A DNA stretch of 64,000 bases. Source: Clostridiales bacterium. Lineage in GTDB: Bacteria; Bacillota; Clostridia; Monoglobales; WRBX01. A program made the translations under genes and the position numbers. This document shows, piece after piece, positions 12,136-21,122 of the stretch. Location: positions 786 to 64,785 of the forward strand of contig JAISIR010000007.1 in assembly GCA_031261985.1 (NCBI GenBank), written 5' to 3'. How positions within the stretch are numbered: position 1 is the first letter of the stretch; each line of letters begins with the position of its first letter. A model generated the notes under the pieces. That model searched no databases and was not told where the DNA came from. It was given only the letters and a program-made list of their open reading frames with translations.

Positions 12136-12261
12136 CGTGGCAGTTGTAGGAAAGACAACGGGTTCTGGGAAAGTTTAAGGGCTGTTGAGAAATCTAGGAC
12201 TGTTGGGAAATTTAGAGATTACAAGAAATGCTAAGCAATTGCAAGAAAGGGAATTTTGATT

Positions 12262-12600
12262 ATGTGGAATAGAAAATTAGGAAGACCTACCGCGCATAGA
12301 AAATCTATGTTGCGTTCGCTTACGACATCCTTCCTTGATAAAGGTAAAATTGTTACTACTCATATGCGTGCTAAGGAATTACAACGCATGGCAGAGAAAA
12401 TGATTACTTTGGCTAAAAAAGGCGGGCTGGCTAATTATCGTCGCGCGCTTGCGTATATTACTGTTGAAGATGTTGCTAAGAAGGTATTTGACGAGTATGC
12501 GCCTAAGTATGCAGACCGAAACGGTGGGTATACTCGTGTGCTAAAGCTTGGACCACGTCAGGGTGATGGTGCCGAGATGGCGGTTATAGAGTTAGTATAA
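12262..12600 (+). CDS. rplQ: 50S ribosomal protein L17
   Basis: [37 protein letters not shown]. Confidence 0.98.
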   Translation: MWNRKLGRPTAHRKSMLRSLTTSFLDKGKIVTTHMRAKELQRMAEKMITLAKKGGLANYRRALAYITVEDVAKKVFDEYAPKYADRNGGYTRVLKLGPRQGDGAEMAVIELV

Positions 12601-12741
12601 AGGTTTCATTTAATATAGTTGAGAGATTACAAAAAAGGCAAGCATGGCTGTCGGCTTAAGGGGAACGCACAAAGCTTTGCGCGATGGCTCTAGGTAGATG
12701 CGTGCTTGCTGTTTTGATATATTATCAATACACTATAATAG

Positions 12742-12816
12742 GGCCCCTTGGTCAAGCGGTTAAGACATCGCCCTTTCACGGCGGAAACACGAGTTCGATT
12801 CTCGTAGGGGTCACCA
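12742..12816 (+). tRNA. tRNA-Glu (TTC)
   Basis: GGCCCCT/AGGGGTC acceptor stem, anticodon loop CTTTCAC, GTTCGATTC T-loop, encoded CCA. Confidence 0.96.
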
Positions 12817-12840
12817 AAACTTTGCCCGTGGCAAAGAGAT

Positions 12841-12952
12841 AAAAACTAAAAGATAAAAGTGAAAAGAAATTGAAGCTTTTCTTGCGAAAAGCATTTTAGA
12901 GGCAAAGTTTTGTACTTTTCTCTTTTCATTTTTCACTTTTCACTTTTCACTA
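12841..12952. repeat. Degenerate 7-mer (AAAGTGA/TCACTTT) inverted array around a central hairpin
   Basis: aaaagataaaagtgaaaag ... gcttttcttgcgaaaagc ... ttttcatttttcacttttcacttttcact; similar 7-mers at about 31060-31115. Confidence 0.6.
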
Positions 12953-13001
12953 AAATAACTTTCCTTGCATTCCTTGCAAGGTTTTTTTATTTCCCCAAGA
13001 A

Positions 13002-13085
13002 TTAACGCAAATTTAACATAACCCCCTTTTTTACACTTGAAACTCTTCTTAAATTCTTGACAAACCCGAATATGCGTGATATAAT
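13002..13085 (+). promoter_or_regulatory. TTAACA-N5-TTAACA box plus sigma-A promoter
   Basis: TTAACG-CAAAT-TTAACA 13002-13018; TTGAAA 18 bp later (13037); TTGACA 13057-17bp-TGnTATAAT 13080. Confidence 0.7.
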
Positions 13086-13226
13086 TCAGGCATAATAAAC
13101 TTAAATGTACAAGCCCCGATATTTATAGGTAGAAATTTTGGGCTCATTATAAAGCTACCCAAACGGTAGCAAAAAATTATAGTTATTGATCTATTTCTTT
13201 GCTAATCGAAAGGATATACATAAATA

Positions 13227-13712
13227 ATGGGTAATAAACTAGATTTTGAAAAAATGAAAAATATTGGTCTGCCGGCAACCGAAAGAAAGGCAATGTTACC
13301 CTCTGTTGAGTGGACGATTTATGGGTTTATTGCAGTTTCTACTATTATAATAATGTATAAAGTATCGTCTGCAGAGGGGCAGGAATTTTCTCTATATATT
13401 AATATGATTATGTTAGTATATCTTTTTTCTGGTTTCTCTTTATTTAGTTCGTGGTTTATGCATAACACTGGTAAGGCAACTTTTTACAAAGATAGTATAA
13501 TGATAAACGGAACAAAATATGATAAATCCTTGTTTTTATATGTTTCATATTTACTATGCACCAGATTTGTTAATTATTCTCGCGTTTATGGAAGACGAGA
13601 TGAATTTTCTATTTTAATAAAATTCAAGCTCAAGAGTGGGGAGACGTTTTATAGCGAAATAGACCAGAATTACTTTAATAGTAAGATTAAACCTTATAAA
13701 ATTAAACGTTAG
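13227..13712 (+). CDS. Orphan membrane protein (2 predicted TM segments)
   Basis: 161-aa ORF with AAAGGA RBS, two hydrophobic stretches, basic C-terminus, downstream terminator. Confidence 0.7.
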   Translation: MGNKLDFEKMKNIGLPATERKAMLPSVEWTIYGFIAVSTIIIMYKVSSAEGQEFSLYINMIMLVYLFSGFSLFSSWFMHNTGKATFYKDSIMINGTKYDKSLFLYVSYLLCTRFVNYSRVYGRRDEFSILIKFKLKSGETFYSEIDQNYFNSKIKPYKIKR

Positions 13713-13754
13713 ACGCAGAATTATTTCGATATTTTATGACTGAATAATATTAAT

Positions 13755-13790
13755 CGAGTTGTTATATGATAACAGCTCGGTTTTTCTTTT
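13755..13790 (+). terminator. Rho-independent terminator
   Basis: cgagttgttat-atg-ataacagctcg followed by T-run. Confidence 0.65.
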
Positions 13791-13797
13791 TAAACCC

Positions 13798-13826
13798 TTG
13801 ACAAAGCTGCACAATAGTGATATAAT
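13798..13826 (+). promoter_or_regulatory. sigma-A promoter of AAA/VWA operon
   Basis: TTGACA-17bp-TATAAT with extended TG; GGGGGAG RBS downstream. Confidence 0.75.
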
Positions 13827-13859
13827 GCAGATATAAAATCAAGGGGGAGCAAATGCTTT

Positions 13860-15392
13860 ATGAGCGAAGCAACTTTAGCACTAAGTGCAAACCAGAATTT
13901 AGCACTAAGTACAAGGCAGAATATATCAATAAATAAGCAAGACTTAGACGATTTTAATAAAAAATTTAATGATCTAGGATATTTTTTTAGTAGTCAAACC
14001 GTTCTTCAACAGATTTTTCTTACTCTAAATTTTTATAATCTACAACGCAAAGGGCTTTCGGGCGTGCTTTTAGCAGGCGAGCCAGGCGTTGGTAAATCTT
14101 TTTTAGCCGAAGTTCTATCAAAAGTGGCAGGGTATGAGCTGCTTCAATATCAATGCACCGCCTCTACAACTGATGAGCAGCTTTTTGCTACCATCAGTCC
14201 TGTTGGCGTTGTTACTCGTAACGAAGAAGAAATGATTAAAAAAGGTATTCTTACGCAAGCGATTGACAGAGCTAATAATGGTGAAAAAATTGTCCTTTTA
14301 ATTGACGAGATAGATAAAGCTAACGAGAATATTGACCCATATTTTTTAACTTTTATGCAAGATGCTTTTTGTTTCACTCCTGAATTTGGAGCTAAACAAG
14401 TGGATAATGACAAGCGCGAGAACTTAATTGTTATTGTCTGCAAGAATAAGTGGAGAGAGCTAGACGGGTCGCTGCTTAGAAGGTTAAGGCGCGTAGAACT
14501 TGAATTGCCGACAGCCGAGAGCATGCAAAGAATAGTCGATTTTAGTGGCGATAACTACGACCCTGCTATGCGTAAAATTGCCCTTATTCTCTATGCGCAT
14601 ATGCGTAAGGAAAGAGAGAGTTTTTCGCGTGTGGCGACGGCGCAAGAGATTATAAATGCGCTAAACGATGATATTTTGCTTGAAAAAATAGAAGCGAGTG
14701 CAGCCGACCGTTTGTTTAGCTTGCTTAATTGGTTTTCTAATAATCATGATGCTGATTTTGAGAACCTTTGTAAAGTAATTAAAGATTTCGCTAAATTTGA
14801 TATAACTTCTGAGTTTAAGCCTGGGTTTGAACCTGTTCTTAACTTAACTTCAGAAGAAAGCGAGCGTTTGTTAAACCCTTATGGCGAGTTTTTTAAAGAA
14901 GTCTTTAGAGTTATTCAAAGCAATCTTACAACTTATTATGCAACCAATGGGAACAACCCTAAATTAATAGGTATAGTAAAATATAGCGGGAATAATATAG
15001 ATTTTAATATTCAGCAAAAGGAACTTACCTTTTTGCAAACTATTATTAACACAACGCCCGAGAAAGGGCTAGATAAAAGAATAAAAGTTGTAAATATGGC
15101 TGATGATGGACCGAACTCGTGTTATATGGCAGCTGTTCCTGTGAAAACTTTTGATAGCAATTACTATTTGCTTTTTTCTAACCAGAAAAATATGAATACC
15201 GAGAAATTTATAACAGGCATGCGAACCATTTTGGGGCAGGAAGAGAAGAAAACGACCTTTTTTGCTGGAAAAGTTCAAGCGGTAGGTGGAAGTGATACAG
15301 GGTTCCATAATGCTATGCTATCGGTTGAAGGGCTTGAGCCTAATGGCAATAATGCTAAATTCAACTTTTGGGGTAATGGAGGGGCGCGTTAA
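13860..15392 (+). CDS. MoxR/CoxD-like AAA+ ATPase with long C-terminal extension
   Basis: Walker A GEPGVGKS, Walker B LLIDEIDK, sensor/Arg finger RELDGSLLRRL. Confidence 0.8.
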   Translation: MSEATLALSANQNLALSTRQNISINKQDLDDFNKKFNDLGYFFSSQTVLQQIFLTLNFYNLQRKGLSGVLLAGEPGVGKSFLAEVLSKVAGYELLQYQCTASTTDEQLFATISPVGVVTRNEEEMIKKGILTQAIDRANNGEKIVLLIDEIDKANENIDPYFLTFMQDAFCFTPEFGAKQVDNDKRENLIVIVCKNKWRELDGSLLRRLRRVELELPTAESMQRIVDFSGDNYDPAMRKIALILYAHMRKERESFSRVATAQEIINALNDDILLEKIEASAADRLFSLLNWFSNNHDADFENLCKVIKDFAKFDITSEFKPGFEPVLNLTSEESERLLNPYGEFFKEVFRVIQSNLTTYYATNGNNPKLIGIVKYSGNNIDFNIQQKELTFLQTIINTTPEKGLDKRIKVVNMADDGPNSCYMAAVPVKTFDSNYYLLFSNQKNMNTEKFITGMRTILGQEEKKTTFFAGKVQAVGGSDTGFHNAMLSVEGLEPNGNNAKFNFWGNGGAR

Positions 15393-16886
15393 ATGATGAA
15401 TAATAACGCTTCAAACTCTAACCTTCAAACAAAAGCTAAACTTCAGGAAATTGCTGATTTACTTGAGGTTAATTTGAAAGCAAAGAAGAATAAACGAGTT
15501 TTTAATAAATTGAGAGCCAAGAAGCTTGAATTTAAAGGCGGTCAAGAGAAAGAAGGAACCGTTGACGAAGAAGATGCCTCGCAAAAATCTAAAAAAGAGA
15601 AAGCGCAAAAGCTGACTAAAGAACAATTAGAGTATATAAGGAATCATGCTGACCAACCGCTTGATTGGAATAAGCTGGAAGAAATTAAGGAACAATGTCA
15701 ACAGCCAAAGTTAGAGCTAGACGTCCAGTCTTCTGATGGGGAGTTTAGTTCTAGTGCGCAGGAACTTTTAGCAGATGCGTTAGAGGGGCAAGAGCTTGGC
15801 GAGGGAACACTTTCTGAAGAGGCACTAGAGGACACGCTCTCGAAGATATTGCAATATTTAGATGCAGAAACGTTAACTCAAATTTATAACAATGCAAAAC
15901 CGAAAAGTAGTTCTAAGGGAAAATCGGATGAGAATGATTTTTATGATTTGCTTGACGAATTTAGGTCCACAGAAAAGCTTTCGTACAAAGATTATAAAAA
16001 GAACAAAGAAAGCATGAATGATTTTGACAGCGACAATTACGATTTTGGCAGTGCGAAAATGGCACTTAAACATTACAAATTAACGCAAGAGCAGATTAAC
16101 AAAGAGCTTTCTGACTGGATTTTAAAAAGATTCGTTTCGCCTAACAACAATAGGTCAATAACATCTGATAAAATTGATTATTACAGGAAGCAATATGGCG
16201 ATAGATATATGCACAAAAAGAAAATAGTAAAGGATTTTGCAATGGGCTTGGAATATCGGATTCCGAGAGATACCTACTCACATCCTTTTGAAAAACAGCA
16301 CCCCCCTATTGCTATTTATTTTGATATCTCTGGAAGTAATTATAACTCGATAGATATGTATGCAAAAATTGTATCTAAAATTATGAAGAAAAATGTTTCG
16401 GTGTATATTGGTGCCGAGCCTGTGTTTTTAAGCTGTCGTGCTAAAGGGGATACGTTGCCAGCTGAAGATATACTAGATTATTGCTCTAATCTTGCGTATA
16501 ATGAGCCAGACGATGAGCTTGCAAAGTATTACGAATTTAAGCATTATAACTGGACGCATTTTGACGATTTAGTAGATGATGATAAAATTAAAACTTTAGT
16601 TTTGTTTACAGATTTTGATCGAGCGGAACATATAGCAAAGGCTAGTGAAAAATGTAATGTGTATTGGTTTTGTACAGAAATAAGAAATTCTAGGCATTGG
16701 GGCGGGCATGGAGTAAGGACGGAGTACCTTGACGATTTTAAAGGACACTTTATTGTTATAAACGAGGCTAATGACGCTTTGAAGTATTTGAAAAATGGAT
16801 TTGATAATAAAGAGTATGAAGAAAAAGAGCGCGCAAAGTATAAAGAACATATATTTGGTCAAAAGCAAAATGAAATGTTTAGATGA
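15393..16886 (+). CDS. VWA (MIDAS)-domain protein, likely partner of the AAA+ ATPase
   Basis: IAIYFDISGS (DxSxS), later LVLFTDFD; charged helical N-terminal half; abuts the ATPase stop codon. Confidence 0.7.
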   Translation: MMNNNASNSNLQTKAKLQEIADLLEVNLKAKKNKRVFNKLRAKKLEFKGGQEKEGTVDEEDASQKSKKEKAQKLTKEQLEYIRNHADQPLDWNKLEEIKEQCQQPKLELDVQSSDGEFSSSAQELLADALEGQELGEGTLSEEALEDTLSKILQYLDAETLTQIYNNAKPKSSSKGKSDENDFYDLLDEFRSTEKLSYKDYKKNKESMNDFDSDNYDFGSAKMALKHYKLTQEQINKELSDWILKRFVSPNNNRSITSDKIDYYRKQYGDRYMHKKKIVKDFAMGLEYRIPRDTYSHPFEKQHPPIAIYFDISGSNYNSIDMYAKIVSKIMKKNVSVYIGAEPVFLSCRAKGDTLPAEDILDYCSNLAYNEPDDELAKYYEFKHYNWTHFDDLVDDDKIKTLVLFTDFDRAEHIAKASEKCNVYWFCTEIRNSRHWGGHGVRTEYLDDFKGHFIVINEANDALKYLKNGFDNKEYEEKERAKYKEHIFGQKQNEMFR

Positions 16887-16981
16887 AAATGCAGCAATTG
16901 CTTGACAATTGCTAGGATTTATGGTAGTATTTACTTGAGCGATTCACCGCAGGTGGTGGAAATATACTTAGGGGGAGAATT

Positions 16982-17479
16982 ATGTCTAGAAAAAGTTGGA
17001 GACGAGCATATAAAGAGAAATATGGAGTGACGCCAGAGGAGCGGAAGCAACTGGATTTAGCACGAAAAGCTAAAGAGGCTAATATGTCAGAGGATGACGA
17101 GCTAGAGAATTCTGCAAAACAAAGCACCATTCCTGGTGGGAATCACGGTGTAGGGACGCATTATGGTAGTCGAAAAATTGGCGGCGTTGAGTATGATATT
17201 TATTGTGCAAAGAATTTAAAGAGAAGCAGGCGTGAGTTTGTTTTAGTCGGTTGGCAGAACGCGGCGGATGTTAAGGAACAAATTATACTCGGCACGGAAG
17301 AGCATCCTAAGTTAATATACCTTAATGGAGTGCATGAAGTAAAGGCGACTTTTGACATACCGTTTGGGTACGAGCGCGAAGTGGGTAGTATTTTGTTTGA
17401 TTGCAAGAGCTTAAACGATGCTAAAGCTCAAATAGATAATCTTAAGCTAAGAGCGGTTACTAATACTAAGAGTTTTTAA
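16982..17479 (+). CDS. Hypothetical protein
   Basis: 165-aa ORF with GGGGGAG RBS and own TTGACA(16902)-17bp-TGnTAGTAT promoter. Confidence 0.7.
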   Translation: MSRKSWRRAYKEKYGVTPEERKQLDLARKAKEANMSEDDELENSAKQSTIPGGNHGVGTHYGSRKIGGVEYDIYCAKNLKRSRREFVLVGWQNAADVKEQIILGTEEHPKLIYLNGVHEVKATFDIPFGYEREVGSILFDCKSLNDAKAQIDNLKLRAVTNTKSF

Positions 17480-17517
17480 CTATCACATTTGAGTTGACAA
17501 AAATGGGGGAGAATACC

Positions 17518-18879
17518 ATGAAATTAATTAGCAATGAGGCAATTGAATCGTTTTTAAGTGAGTGTAAGAATTGGGACGATATTACCAAGCTGGATTTTGG
17601 CAGGCAAAATTGTATCACTTTATTTGAGGTAATGGGCGAAAAGTTTAGTAATAGTTCTAACCTAGCAAGAGGCGAGGCGGCTTTTAAACAATTCTGTTAT
17701 GGTGTACTTGGCATGGCTGCGGGTGATGCCGGTTATAACAGGTATAAAACGGACGTAGGGGATATTTGTCATGCGGCGGCGAAATGTTTATTGCAGATGG
17801 GGGCTGTAGAGCCTAAAGTCTTTACATATTTATTACCAGAGGATATCTTTGAGCAATATAAAAAAGGTGATTATAACAGGAAATTAGAGCTGATAGAGAA
17901 TTTTAGTGAATTAAAGAGTGATGAGGCGAGCCGTCAGGAATTTTTTGAATTAATAGTTAAAGATAATGTTAAAGGTTCGACGGCTGAGAAGCTAAAAAGT
18001 AGTAAGAAAGTAGATGTATACGAAAAGGGTAAGCAGATAACAGATGAGAGGTTGCAGCTTGGTTTAATTAAATTATTGAATCAAGATAAAATAGATGTGC
18101 CTAAGAAAAGTTTGATTAAGCATTATGTAACTGGCTTTAAGGATATTCGGAATACTAACGAAGCGGTAAGGCTTGGAATTGAGCCGGCGGTGGATATAAT
18201 ATTACAGCGTGATATACAAGACAGCCTTATATTAGATAGCGATGCGCGGGATAGTTTTATTACTATAAGGGTGTGCAATAAACTAGGCGTAATTGGAAGT
18301 TACTTAAATATAAAGCAAGCTAAGGCGTTTGGGTTTGCTATTGTAAGCGATGGGCGTGGGATTAAGGCGATTAAGCTTGATGGATTATCGCCTGAGTATT
18401 TGAAAGCGTTATTGCTGGAAGAGATTAAGTCGGCTAAAGATAGTAAGTTTACACGTGATTTTATCATCGAGTTATTGAAGAAAAAATCGGCATCGGCGTT
18501 AGAAGAAGTATTTAATTGTGAAATGGTGAATGATGATATAAAGTGGGAGATTGCATCGAGTTTAAGCAAAGAAGATGCGTTTGTTAAACTTGCTTTACAA
18601 GAGGGGAATGGTGCCAGGGCTAAGATGGCGTTCTCACTTTTAAAGGAAGAGAAGAATATTCTTTGGGTGGTTTTAAAGTCGGACAATGCAGAGATTATAA
18701 ATAGTGGGATTGAAACTTTGAGTAATAAGCCTAATGTGCGCGATGCGCTAAAGGCGATACAAAAGAGTGCGGATTCGCCATATGCGCGAAATGTTGCCAT
18801 GCTTTATTTAAAGACGTTAGAGCACCCTATGGAAAAAGCTAAAGAAGTGAATAAGTATAAAGGTAGGAATATTGCGTAA
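17518..18879 (+). CDS. Hypothetical helical protein with possible HEAT-like repeats at the C-terminus
   Basis: Long ORF, ATG 17518 after GGGGGAG; roughly 25-aa amphipathic periodicity in the last 100 aa. Confidence 0.7.
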   Translation: MKLISNEAIESFLSECKNWDDITKLDFGRQNCITLFEVMGEKFSNSSNLARGEAAFKQFCYGVLGMAAGDAGYNRYKTDVGDICHAAAKCLLQMGAVEPKVFTYLLPEDIFEQYKKGDYNRKLELIENFSELKSDEASRQEFFELIVKDNVKGSTAEKLKSSKKVDVYEKGKQITDERLQLGLIKLLNQDKIDVPKKSLIKHYVTGFKDIRNTNEAVRLGIEPAVDIILQRDIQDSLILDSDARDSFITIRVCNKLGVIGSYLNIKQAKAFGFAIVSDGRGIKAIKLDGLSPEYLKALLLEEIKSAKDSKFTRDFIIELLKKKSASALEEVFNCEMVNDDIKWEIASSLSKEDAFVKLALQEGNGARAKMAFSLLKEEKNILWVVLKSDNAEIINSGIETLSNKPNVRDALKAIQKSADSPYARNVAMLYLKTLEHPMEKAKEVNKYKGRNIA

Positions 18880-18889
18880 GGGCAGGATT

Positions 18890-20896
18890 CTATAATGTAA
18901 GAGTGGTTAGGCTAGTGGATTTTGGTATTGTGCTATTTAGCCCAGGAACCCATTGTTTGATGAACTCTTGCGGGTTGGCATTATATTGCTTGCTAACCTC
19001 GTCGGGCGGTAGCTTAAACAGGGCGGTAACGACAGCCTTTTGAGCCACTAGTCTTGGGGCTATTGATTGGATTTTATTTAGTTCTTCGATAACATGGTTG
19101 ATTATTATTGTGTTTTCAAACCCGTCAAAAGTGTTGTTATGACAGGCTTTTTCAAAATCGCCTACGGTGCGAATATTATAATTATGCGTTAAATAAAGCC
19201 GGTTTTTTTTATCTAATGAATCTATATTTTTAAGTGGCGTGTTTTCGTTTAAAAAGCAAGGAGAGGTATTTGATGAGAGATTGGCGAAGAAATCTTCGTT
19301 TAACCCAGTAATCTCTTGAGCTTTTTGCATAATGTCAAACGATGTCGCCTTTTGCACTTGGTCTATTTTGTTTATAATTTTTGGCGGTTTAATATTATCT
19401 ACAGAGCTGTCTGAATTTTGTTCTAAAAGTTTATAATCTTTGATTTTCATTTTAATCTCGTCAAGAGTGGTTTTTCCCATGTAGTGTATTTGTTTAAGTT
19501 CGTCTTCACTTGTGTTAATTAAATCGGCTACAGTTTTAATACCAAAACGACGCAAGCAATTAAACGCTCTTACAGAAAAATGTAGCTCGCTTATATCTAT
19601 GTCGTTAGCGGAATCGCTAAAAGACGAGTTTTTATTCATTACACCAGCAACGGTTATTTTTATATCATTATCAATTGGTGTTTGCGTAACTTGATTATTA
19701 TCAGATTCTTTAGTTGTATTTTTAACTACCACATCATTTTCTAGGTAGCGTTGGATTTTACTCATTATTTTAGAATGTGACCTTTCGCCTAATCTAGGGA
19801 GGTGCAACAGTGATTCGCCATTGTCTTTGGCGGTTATTTCTAATAGTTTGTCTATCGTGGTAATTCCTGCGCGAACTAAGCATAAATATGAGTGCGTGTT
19901 TAAATCTAGGCTCATTATAGGGAAGTAAGGTAAATAGGAATCGGCAACAGAGGAAATGGGGATTGCCATAAAAGGAGTCTCTTGGTCGACATAAGTTGTA
20001 CGTGTAATAGAAGCGGCTTTGTCGTAAAATTTTTGTAAATGCCTATAGGCGGCAATTAATTGATTGGTACAGAATTTAGGTGATGAAGTGTAGTTGTATT
20101 TATCGACAATCTGTTTATTTGTTAATTTTTCTGCGCCAAATAAGCCTAGCCTATGCGATAAAATTATCTGGCGATTTTTAGACAGACTATTAAAAGCTTC
20201 GGTAAAAAGCTCGTCGGGTAGGAGCCTACCATGATGCATATTGCCGCCTAGTGCTATAGATTCATTTAAAATTTGCTTGGCAATAGGTATGATGGTTTTA
20301 TCTATTTTAAAACTTGAATAAGGTGTATTTTGGGGTTGTTCTGAGGGAGAGGGGCTACGCATGAAGGGAAGTAAGCCTGTGGGCTTTAGTAATTCAAATA
20401 TTTTATAATCATCGCTGGATTCAGGCGGTGTTGCAGCCTTATACTTGCGCCAAAATCTTTTTATAGTGTGATCCATAAAAATTGCTAGCTGGCGCTCGGC
20501 AAGGTTATCGCTATCCATCCTTGGGGGAGTGCCATCTTGCTTTGTATAATCTATCCATAGTTTAGCGTACTCGGGAAGAGGTTTGTTTTTTGGGTGTGGG
20601 ATATACTCAAGCGCGCCTATGGGGCTTAGCAGCTCGTGGATTCTATAGTCGATAGTATCGGCGGGTGGCTTTAAAATGCTAACGCTTATGCCTTTGGCGC
20701 TATCTATATTAATGGTGCCGCGACCATATTTTGAGTGTAACTCAGATTTTATTTCAAACATTTTTTTGCCTAGTTTTTGTTCGTAATCGCTTTTTTGTTT
20801 ATAATTTTCAGGTAAAAAGCCATTCTCGTCGTAAAAAGCGCGTATTGTTTTAGCCCAAGCGTAAGTCATGCTTGAATCGATGTTGTTTATACTCAT
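18890..20896 (-). CDS. Multidomain protein: N-terminal helical repeats, sigma70 region-4-like segment, two or more RNA polymerase alpha-CTD-like domains
   Basis: ISELHFSVRAFNCLRRFGIKTVADL...MGKTTLDEI and SLDLNTHSYLCLVRAGITTIDKL...LGERS resemble the RpoA CTD in this window; LSKNRQIILSHRLGLFGAEKLTNKQI is sigma4-like; ATG 20896 follows GGGGG RBS. Confidence 0.8.
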   Translation of the reverse strand: MSINNIDSSMTYAWAKTIRAFYDENGFLPENYKQKSDYEQKLGKKMFEIKSELHSKYGRGTINIDSAKGISVSILKPPADTIDYRIHELLSPIGALEYIPHPKNKPLPEYAKLWIDYTKQDGTPPRMDSDNLAERQLAIFMDHTIKRFWRKYKAATPPESSDDYKIFELLKPTGLLPFMRSPSPSEQPQNTPYSSFKIDKTIIPIAKQILNESIALGGNMHHGRLLPDELFTEAFNSLSKNRQIILSHRLGLFGAEKLTNKQIVDKYNYTSSPKFCTNQLIAAYRHLQKFYDKAASITRTTYVDQETPFMAIPISSVADSYLPYFPIMSLDLNTHSYLCLVRAGITTIDKLLEITAKDNGESLLHLPRLGERSHSKIMSKIQRYLENDVVVKNTTKESDNNQVTQTPIDNDIKITVAGVMNKNSSFSDSANDIDISELHFSVRAFNCLRRFGIKTVADLINTSEDELKQIHYMGKTTLDEIKMKIKDYKLLEQNSDSSVDNIKPPKIINKIDQVQKATSFDIMQKAQEITGLNEDFFANLSSNTSPCFLNENTPLKNIDSLDKKNRLYLTHNYNIRTVGDFEKACHNNTFDGFENTIIINHVIEELNKIQSIAPRLVAQKAVVTALFKLPPDEVSKQYNANPQEFIKQWVPGLNSTIPKSTSLTTLTL

Positions 20897-20919
20897 AGAG
20901 ATTACCCCCATATGCCTTT

Positions 20920-20984
20920 ATTATATCATAAATATTGACAAAGTTCAAGTGTAAAAAAGGGGAATTATGTTAAATTTGTGTAAA
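20920..20984 (-). promoter_or_regulatory. TTAACA-N5-TTAACA box plus sigma-A promoter (minus strand)
   Basis: Minus strand: TTTACA-CAAAT-TTAACA (20984-20968), 19 bp, TTGAAC (20948-20943), 17 bp, TGnTATAAT (20925-20920). Confidence 0.75.
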
Positions 20985-21122
20985 GTGATAGCTCATATTA
21001 CAAAAATGTTAAATTAATGTGAATTGGGCAAAATAAACTTGACAAAAGTTGGAATTAATGATAATATATTCTAGTGGAAATAATATAAAGAAATATGAAA
21101 GAAAAAAAGAAGGAGAATTAAG

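Noticed and set aside
13090-13200. Riboswitch in the long leader of the 13227 orphan (hairpins agccc/gggct and gctacc/ggtagc)
   Set aside because: No riboswitch consensus recognised; an Rfam cmscan would be needed
18890-20896. Second rpoA or a true sigma factor
   Set aside because: No alpha N-terminal dimerisation domain and no recognisable sigma region 2
12817-21000. Prophage or integrative element at tRNA-Glu
   Set aside because: No integrase, phage structural genes or duplicated tRNA 3' end found
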